Notes: a model not told the origin generated them from the letters alone. Shown: positions 1 through 5,912, numbered from the stretch's first letter. The stretch: DNA of 5,981 nucleotides from Octopus sinensis (GCF_006345805.1 NW_021829721.1:1-5981), one strand, 5' to 3'. Made by a program: numbers and translations.

Positions 1-420
1 CCCTGATGTGAGATTGTGTTCCTTCTTTCTTCTCAAATACTGAAGGACCAATTTACGGGCAGATATGTCGCATTCTATTTAGACTTGCGCATTCATCCTG
101 ATCTCTATTTCAACGATAACAGATGTAGTGTCATATGCCGATGAATCTCCCGATGAATGATACTTCACTTAAGATATCTGCCTTAGCCGTAGGGAAGTCC
201 TATGTAATTGATTATGGAAGAGAGTGAGCGAATTTCTGACGTCTCCCTTTCTGATGACGTATACTCGGCTTAAAGACTCCTTACTCTATCACAATCCACA
301 TGCTTGACGATACTGGAAACAGTTGTAAGAGACTCTATATGTTCATATTCTCTAAATTAAAGATTTTTACTAGTGATGCCAAATGTTTAAGTTTTCCACT
401 TTTTATCTTAATCTCTCTGC

Positions 421-444
421 GTATGCGCGTGCGTGCGCGCGTGC

Positions 445-489
<45 letters not shown>
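421..489. repeat. (GC/GT)n grading into (GT)n microsatellite
   Basis: Read directly: gtatgcgcgtgcgtgcgcgcgtgcgtgtgtg...gtgtg, with one ttt interruption. Confidence 0.97.
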
Positions 490-492
<3 letters not shown>

Positions 493-909
493 CTTTTTGA
501 CTCGGTCACTGATCACCAGTTGAAGGCGATGGTGTTGGTTGATGGTGGAGGCTTTGACCCACAAAGAATTTATCTAATGTTTTGTTATGGCATTCTCTGT
601 GCCTAATAATGTCCGATGTACCAAATTAAACAGAATATTGGAAATAATTACGTGCCTAAAGTTTAGAGTTCAGTTGTTATTAAGTTTTGGTGGACGGAGT
701 TTTTGTCCTTTTGACCTCGGTTGAAGGAAGTAAAGGGAAGGGTAGTGAGAAAGAAAGAAAATCATTTTTGTACGGATTCTGGCCTGTTTGGTTACTAGAT
801 AACAAAAAGGTTGAGGTCAACAGTTCAAAATTTGGTTTTGTCAGAACTGGAAATAATTTCTATACAGCCACTGACAAGTCAAAATATTTAAATCGGTCAA
901 ATTCGGAAG

Positions 910-967
910 CACACACACACACACACGCAACACACACACACACACACACACATGCACACACACACAC
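910..967. repeat. (CA)n microsatellite, imperfect
   Basis: Read directly; interrupted by gca and atg variants. Confidence 0.97.
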
Positions 968-972
968 TTTTA

Positions 973-1050
973 ACTGGCACTTCGTCGGTTGTAACGACGA
1001 GGGTTCAAGGTGATCCGATCAACGGAACAGCTTTCTCGTAAAATTAACGT
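973..1050 (-). mobile_element. 3'-terminal tail fragment of a retroposon (octopus SINE/LINE-type tail), 5'-truncated
   Basis: CpG-rich 78-nt block. It has a terminal stem-loop (tcgtcg 982-987 / cgacga 995-1000, 7-nt loop) and a tgatc-c-gatca palindrome (1011-1021). It resembles the 3' end of an octopus tRNA-SINE family as I recall it; not database-verified. Confidence 0.6.
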
Positions 1051-1277
1051 AAAATTTACTACCCACAAGGGGCTAAAGACAGAGAGGGCAAACAAGGACC
1101 GACAAACGGATTAAGTCGATTATATCGACCCCAGTGCGTAACTGGTACTTAATTTATCGACCCCGAAAGGATGAAAGGCAAAGTCGACCTCGGCGGAATT
1201 TGAACTCAGAGCGTAATGGCAGGCGAAATACCGCTAAGCATTTCGCCCGGCGTACTAACGATTCTGCCAGATCGCTG
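1051..1277 (-). mobile_element. tRNA-derived SINE, near full length, young-looking copy
   Basis: Minus strand reads ctggcagaatcgttag (A-box-like head), then B box gttcaaattcc (1195-1205), then core ggtcgactttgcctttcatcctttcggggtcgataaattaagtaccag, then tail ending cccttgtgggtagtaaa. A homologous inverted copy is at 1303-1529. The core resembles the Meta/MESC-type SINE domain from recall (needs checking). Confidence 0.9.
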
Positions 1278-1302
1278 TTTTAGTTATCATTAATATTGTT
1301 CA

Positions 1303-1529
1303 GGTGGCAAGTTGCCAAAACCGTTTGTTCGCCGCACAAAACATTTAATGGTCAAAATATTTCATCCATCTGAACGTTTTGAGTTCGAATTCGGCCGGGG
1401 TCCACTTTGTCTTTCATCCTTTCACAGTTAATAAATTTAGTACCAGTTGGACACTGGGGTCGATATAATCGACTAAACCTCTCCAGTAAAATTTCAAGTC
1501 TTGTGCCTATAGTAAAAAGGACTATTATT
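1303..1529 (+). mobile_element. tRNA-derived SINE of the same superfamily, older copy with a different 3' tail
   Basis: B box gttcgaattcg at 1383-1393. Segment 1380-1474 aligns ungapped to the reverse complement of 1114-1208 with 81/95 identities (hand count). Ends cttgtgcctatagtaaaaaggactattatt. Confidence 0.88.
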
Positions 1530-1532
1530 GTA

Positions 1533-1653
1533 AAGGCGGGAAGATAAACAGAATTGTTAACGCGTTATTCAAAACACTCAACGACATTTCTTCCGAGGCC
1601 TTAATGAGTTTTATGATATCGACTAACGCTCTCTCCTCGTAATTGCTAATCTT
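1533..1653 (+). mobile_element. Decayed, internally deleted SINE copy in tandem with the previous one
   Basis: 1549-1590 aligns ungapped to the head of the 1051-1277 copy at 26/42, and 14 of the 16 mismatches are transitions. The downstream gatatcgactaac (about 1616-1628) matches the gatataatcgactaa motif. B box and core are missing. Confidence 0.55.
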
Positions 1654-1904
1654 TTCTCTAAATTAGAATTCCAATACATCGAAATTTCATCTCTGCGCGA
1701 AAAATCTGTGAAAATCTGCGTTAAGGGCTTTAAAAATCCCGTATAAGATAAGAAACTGGTTGGATTGATTTCGCCAATATATTCTGCTCAGAATAACAGA
1801 CATCTTGTGGTGTATATCGTTTACTTTTCACAGCGAGACTAAAATTGTATGTTTATATACAAAAAAAGGGTGTTCCTTACATTTGAGAGCGTTCGTATGT
1901 AGAC

Positions 1905-1984
1905 ACGCACACATAATATATACATATATTTGTGCATGTCTGTGTATGTGTTCGGGTATGCGTGTGCTAGTATGCCTGTAAGTA

Positions 1985-2067
<83 letters not shown>

Positions 2068-2131
2068 CATATGTTGTATGTGTGCATGCATATGTGTATA
2101 TATATATATATATGCGTGTGTGTGTATGAGC

Positions 2132-2167
<36 letters not shown>

Positions 2168-2281
2168 CGTGTGTATGAATGTGTGCATATATATGTGTAT
2201 GTTTGTGTGCGTGCGAGTATGTATGTATTTATATATATAAGCATATGTATATATGTAATATGCGCATGTGTGTGTTTGTGT

Positions 2282-2330
<49 letters not shown>
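1905..2330. repeat. Compound (TA)n / (TG)n / (TATG)n microsatellite
   Basis: (AT)n at 1989-2065 with one interruption, further (TA)n runs near 2097-2165, and perfect (TG)22 at 2287-2330. Confidence 0.97.
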
Positions 2331-2332
<2 letters not shown>

Positions 2333-2435
2333 TGTAAGAAGGCGAAGATGATTGTGTTGGCATTGCGATAAAGCCTCCGGAAACTCAATACTTGTAACAA
2401 TTTTAAAGCATGGCAGTTTTTCTTACACTCTAGGT

Positions 2436-2437
<2 letters not shown>

Positions 2438-2492
<55 letters not shown>

Positions 2493-2493
2493 T

Positions 2494-2524
<31 letters not shown>

Positions 2525-2992
2525 AGAGAGAGAGAGGGAGTGAAAGAGTGGGTGTGTTTATATCTGTGTCTATATACGTGTGAGTATTTGTGTGTGCGTG
2601 TGTGTACGTATGTGTGTGCGTGAGAGGGAGTGTGTGTTGTGTTGTTTTGTGTGTGTGTGTTGTTTGTGACCGTGTGCGTGTATGTGTGTGTGTTCTGTTT
2701 GTGTGCGTGTTATGTGTGTGCGCGTGTGTGTGCGCGTGCGTGTGTGTGCGTGTGTGTGTGTGAGCGTGTGTGTAAGTGAGTGTGTATGTGTGTGTGCTTG
2801 TGTGCAAGAGAGTACTATGTGTGTGTGCGCGTATGTGTGCGCGCGTATGTGTGTGCGCGTATGTGTGTGCGCGTATGTGTGTGCGCGTATGTGTGTGTGT
2901 GTGCATATCTCTATATTTATATTTGTGTATGTATGAGTTTGTGTTTACATGTGTCTTAGTGTATGTTTATTAGTCTGTGTGTGTGTGTGTGT
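2438..2992. repeat. Long degenerate (TG)n-dominated array with a short (GA)n block
   Basis: Read directly; near-perfect (TG)n at 2438-2519, (AG)n near 2525-2536, then degenerate TG/CG/TA alternation. Confidence 0.95.
2821..2890. repeat. 14-bp minisatellite, 5 copies of gtgtgtgcgcgtat
   Basis: Units start at 2821, 2835 (variant gtgtgcgcgcgtat), 2849, 2863 and 2877. Confidence 0.93.
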
Positions 2993-3139
2993 GTACTTGC
3001 CTCCGTATATACGTGTCCCTCCCTGTAGGTGTGTAAATCTGTGTATGCATGTGTCTATATGTTTCCTAGTATGTGTGCGCGCGCGTGAATGTGTATGCAT
3101 GCGTGTGCTGTGTGAGTGGATTTTTGAATCTATCTCAGC

Positions 3140-3475
3140 TTGTGTGTCTGTGTGTCTATAACTCTATCTGTGTATGTATATGTATATGTATGTTTGTACG
3201 TAGGTATGTGTGTATGTATATACGCATGTATGCATGAATGTATGAATGCATGTATATATGAATGCATGTATGTATATATGTATGATTATAGGCATGTATG
3301 TATGAATGTGTGTATGAATGTATGTGTGTATATATGTGTGAATGTATGTATGTGTGTATGTATGTATGAATGTATGAATGTATGTATGTATGTATGTATG
3401 TATGTATATATGTATGTATGAATGTATGTAAATATGTATGTGTGCGTGTGTATGTATGTATGTATGTATGTGCAT
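3140..3475. repeat. (TATG)n tetranucleotide array with TGAA variants
   Basis: Read directly; contiguous with the 3' UTR of the minus-strand LINE fragment. Confidence 0.95.
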
Positions 3476-3862
3476 GCAGATTTGTATGTTTTATGTATGT
3501 ATTCTCATGCATATAGTTGCATATCAAGACATGCTCATATATATTTAAATGATAAACTTCTGGAAAGTTTTACAGATTTTTACAGTTCCAGTGATGGATT
3601 GGATTTGTAATCTTCAAATTAGCTTCCTCCTTTCTGGTTTTGAGAAGCCTAATTTCTCAAGATTGGTATTTAGGCAGTCTGTTACATATCCCAGGGCCCC
3701 AATAATTACAAAATATAAACCTGAACTTGCAATCTGGATAGAGTAACTGCAGATTTCTCAATAGTTCAGCATAGGTGTTCTCTTCTTCACTGATTTTCAG
3801 CTTTATGCTAACATCCACTGGGCAGCTAATTTCCACGACTGTGCACAGTTTCTCTTCTCTAT
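3476..3862 (-). mobile_element. 5'-truncated non-LTR retrotransposon 3' end, RLE-type (most like R4/Dong clade)
   Basis: Contains a degenerate C-terminal restriction-like endonuclease frame (3860 to 3545) and a short 3' UTR (3544-3476) that runs into (CATA)n on the minus strand. The clade call rests on the VIIGALG motif and motif spacing. Confidence 0.85.
3545..3860 (-). pseudogene. Disrupted C-terminal restriction-like endonuclease domain of a LINE ORF
   Basis: Hand translation: REEKLCTVVEISCPVDVSIKLKISEEENTYAELLRNLQLLYPDCKFRFIF, then a +1 frameshift in the A4 run at 3710-3713, then VIIGALGYVTDCLNTNLEKLGFSKPERRKLI*RLQIQSITGTVKICKTFQKFII*. Premature TGA at 3616-3614; terminal TAA at 3547-3545. 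Fits the (D/E)xxxP...EKxxKY...VIIGALG layout of R4/Dong-type RLE domains. Confidence 0.85.
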
Positions 3863-3915
3863 GTATGTACGTATGTATAAATGTATGTATGTATGAATGT
3901 ATGTATGTATATATA
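3861..3915. repeat. (TATG)n array at the 5' junction of the LINE fragment
   Basis: atgtatgtacgtatgtataaatgtatgtatgtatgaatgtatgtatgtatatatat; same unit and same tatgaatg variant as 3140-3475. Confidence 0.92.
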
Positions 3916-4109
3916 TCTTTGTGTGTCGGAGTATGTCCCTATGTGTCCATGTGTTCCTGTGTGTATGATTTTCTTACATTGTGTGTGTTCTTTAGTTTTT
4001 GCGACCCTCATGCTAGAACTCACGTGCAGGCTTCGTCGAGTTTTACATCCACACCTGCTTGTGCGTGCGTACTCATGCGTCTGTGCATGTATGATGCCCA
4101 TACACTGAC

Positions 4110-4196
4110 GTATATATATATATGTGCATATGTATGTCCGTGGTGTGTGTGGGTACACACGCGCACACACACACACACACACACATGAATATATAT
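4110..4196. repeat. Compound (TA)n / (TG)n / (CA)n microsatellite
   Basis: Read directly; (CA)n at 4164-4185 and tatata at 4190-4195. Confidence 0.9.
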
Positions 4197-4355
4197 GTGT
4201 GTGTGGTTGTCTACTCCTTATGCTGGGTTTGGCCACCTCCTTTACCATCATGGCATCTGATGTGGCTTTTTAAACCAGACAATGTTCTGAAAAGACACCC
4301 ACATAGATTGCATATCGGATTTGGACCATCAAGAGCTGCAGTTAAGTTCTGATCT
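4197..4355 (-). mobile_element. Probable 3' end of an RTE-type LINE encoding a single C-terminal C2H2 zinc finger
   Basis: Frame 4354 to 4211 translates DQNLTAALDGPNPICNLCGCLFRTLSGLKSHIRCHDGKGGGQTQHKE*. It has exact C-x2-C-x3-F-x5-L-x2-H-x3-H spacing (4312-4250), no Met, no TGEKP linker, a very short UTR and a (CA)4 tail. RTE assignment is inferred from the single terminal finger plus short UTR. Confidence 0.7.
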
Positions 4356-4520
4356 TATATACGACGGGCTTCTTTCAGTTTCCGTCGACCAAATCCAGTC
4401 ACAAGGCTTTGGTCGGCCCGAGGCTATAGTAGAAGACACTTGCCCAAGGTGCCACATAGTGGGACTGAACCCAGAACCATGTGGTTGGGATGCAAGCTTC
4501 TTACCTAATAGCCATGCATG
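4356..4520 (-). mobile_element. tRNA-derived CORE-type SINE, 5' half (OR2-like from recall)
   Basis: Minus strand: A-box-like tggctattaggtaag (4514-4500), B box ggttcagtccc (4471-4461), CORE-like accttgggcaagt (4450-4438) as in MIR/CORE-SINEs, ending at gaagcccgtcgtatata. Confidence 0.88.
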
Positions 4521-4545
4521 CATGCATAACACACACGTCATATAT

Positions 4546-4618
4546 ATAAAGAGAGAGAGAGAGATAAGAGGGAGAGACAGGGGGAGAGACCGGGGAGGGG
4601 AGAGAGAGAGAAAGAGAA
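4546..4618. repeat. (GA)n-rich purine tract
   Basis: Read directly. Confidence 0.9.
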
Positions 4619-4717
4619 GTACATGCATACAACCATGATGGGTTGGGTGTGTAAGGGGTGTTTGTGTATAAGCATACCTCCTGTGTGTCTGTTTATATAT
4701 GCGTTTGAGCATGAAAA

Positions 4718-4760
4718 TGTGTGTGTGTGTGTGTATGTGCGTGCGCGCGCGTGCGTGTGT
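4718..4760. repeat. (TG)n/(CG)n alternating microsatellite
   Basis: Read directly. Confidence 0.9.
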
Positions 4761-5051
4761 CACCATTCACCGTTCTACCCCCATATGGTGATATGTACCC
4801 GAAAGAATTTCAAGTTGTCTGAGCTACGCACGTTATTTGAATGAACTGTTTATTCGGTATACATTCTTCATGTACCCGTTATTGGTGTTACCCTACCACT
4901 CAGCCACCCGGTTTAAATAGAACACCAGACACAACAGACACACCCAAGAAAACATACGGCTTATCTTTGGAGGGTTTTTTTTTTCTTCTTCTTTGGATTT
5001 ACCATTTTCTTAAAGCATTTAAAACAAGACGTATGACTATATAAAGCGTTG

Positions 5052-5332
5052 GTAGCGGCGGCAGCGATGGCGACGCCGAGGAGGAAGAGGAGGAGAAAGG
5101 GAGGATGAAGGGGAGGAATAGGAGGAGAAAGGGAAGAGGAGGAGAAGGAAGAGGAGGAGAAAGGGAAGAGGAGGAGAAGGAGGAGGAGGAGAAGGAGGAG
5201 GAGGAGGAGGAAGGAGGAGAAAGGGAGGAGGAGGAGAAGGAGGATGAAGAGAAGGAGCAAGGAGGAGGAGGAGGAAGGCGAGGATGATAGTAATTATGGT
5301 AATGATGATGTTGATGATGATGATGGTGCTGA
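5052..5332. repeat. Trinucleotide-drift low-complexity tract (GGC/GAC to GAG/GGA to GAT/AAT)
   Basis: Read directly; purine-only from 5120 to 5244, with a 32-bp period duplication at 5120-5180. Confidence 0.92.
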
Positions 5333-5434
5333 TAAAATGCCGAACGGAATACTTTGTTGGGCTTGTTCGTTTTTGTTTTGTTTTTGGCTTTTTGTGTTAT
5401 TCTTTGTTTGTTTTTTGCTATTCTGTATTCTGAG

Positions 5435-5853
5435 TTAAACATCGTTGTATATCATTCTGAAGGTTCAGTAAAAAAAGAAAAAAACAAGGAAAAAGAAAAA
5501 GAAAAAAGTACCAACAAAGTCCTGGGGTAATTTAACCCATTCGTGCCGAAATTTTTCTAGTGAATGAAATTGCCTGAAAATTCTCAGATACTCTTATTTT
5601 GACCTAAATAACAGCCGAAAAGAAATTTCATTGAAATCCGTCTGATGCAGACTGCATACGCGTTAAGAACATGTTTCATTCTTTGAATGAAACAGATCAT
5701 ACACAAATCCCAATTTGTATCAAGTGTTTGTTTTATACCCTTAATAAATTAAGGGTCAGCTTAAACAGACGATGGGCATGAATGGGTTAAACATCGACGT
5801 ATATCTTTATGGGATTCAGTAAAGAAAAGGCACCAAGTCCTGAGATAATTTAA
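5435..5853 (+). repeat. Imperfect direct repeat pair (5435-5535 and 5787-5853), each running TTAA to TTAA, flanking the MITE
   Basis: First 25 nt match 21/25, then ttcagtaaa 9/9, and the last 19 nt match 17/19. The left copy carries an extra A-rich expansion of about 30 nt. Confidence 0.88.
5536..5786. mobile_element. Non-autonomous DNA transposon (MITE), piggyBac-like, 251 bp
   Basis: TTAA at 5532-5535 and 5787-5790. TIRs cccattcgtgcc (5536-5547) and ggcatgaatggg (5775-5786) match 11/12. TTAA plus CCC...GGG termini is the piggyBac signature. No ORF. Confidence 0.85.
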
Positions 5854-5910
5854 TAGACTGTTTTATCCATTCAAAAATTCGTAGCATTTTTCTTTGTTAG
5901 AAATCATTAT

Positions 5911-5912
5911 GT

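Larger units (their letters stand above)
5331..5910 (+). mobile_element. Heavily decayed SINE (same family as 1303-1529) interrupted by T-rich and A-rich expansions, a local duplication and a MITE
   Basis: Collinear remnants: aaatgc..cgg (5335-5347), ttctgagttaaa (5428-5439, B-box region), aagtacca (5506-5513), ctggggt (5522-5528), taatagact (5851-5859, vs taatcgact), tagaaatcattat (5898-5910). Confidence 0.45.

Noticed and set aside
251-325. CTGATGA hammerhead-like core
   Set aside because: There is no stem II closing onto a nearby GAAA and no convincing stems I or III.
805-850. Faint resemblance to the SINE core (aaaggttgaggtcaac...tcagaac)
   Set aside because: Too short and gapped to separate from chance.
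687-1013. 108-aa plus-strand ORF with about 74 non-repetitive codons
   Set aside because: TTG start, no recognisable motif or splice context, and it reads through a (CA)n array into a retroposon tail. Compatible with chance.
1195-1277. tRNA gene call for the SINE heads (also 4461-4514)
   Set aside because: A/B boxes are present, but there is no acceptor stem or cloverleaf and the sequence continues into SINE core.
1780-1795. tattctg-ct-cagaata palindrome
   Set aside because: A single 7-bp dyad in AT-rich DNA is expected by chance in 6 kb.
1828-3527. Many ORFs rich in HT, YI, CV or MYV
   Set aside because: These are translations of (CA)n, (TA)n, (TG)n and (TATG)n, which lack stop codons in several frames. 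They show no domain content.
3972-4045. Possible very diverged 3' half of the CORE-SINE (tgcgacc..catgctagaac..gtcgag)
   Set aside because: The similarity is only to a consensus recalled from memory and is much weaker than for the 5' half. It needs a profile alignment.
4260-4304. Imperfect hairpin atgtgg...ccacat
   Set aside because: Short bulged stems lying inside the zinc-finger coding remnant; too weak for a pre-miRNA call.
4896-4906. Perfect Pol III A-box-like tggctgagtgg on the minus strand
   Set aside because: No proper B box (GTTCRA) at a suitable distance and no cloverleaf.
5038-5108. TATATAAAG followed by GC-rich gcgATGG
   Set aside because: The ATG (5067) falls about where a TATA-directed start site would be, leaving no leader, and the frame closes after 13 codons inside the repeat.
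4961-5442. Poly-Glu, poly-Ser, poly-Leu and poly-His ORFs
   Set aside because: All derive from the GAG/GAT trinucleotide tract and are open on both strands.
5435-5853. CRISPR-like or LTR/TRIM interpretation of the direct repeats
   Set aside because: Only two degenerate copies, no TG...CA ends, no PBS or PPT, and the interior has its own TIRs. The context is eukaryotic.
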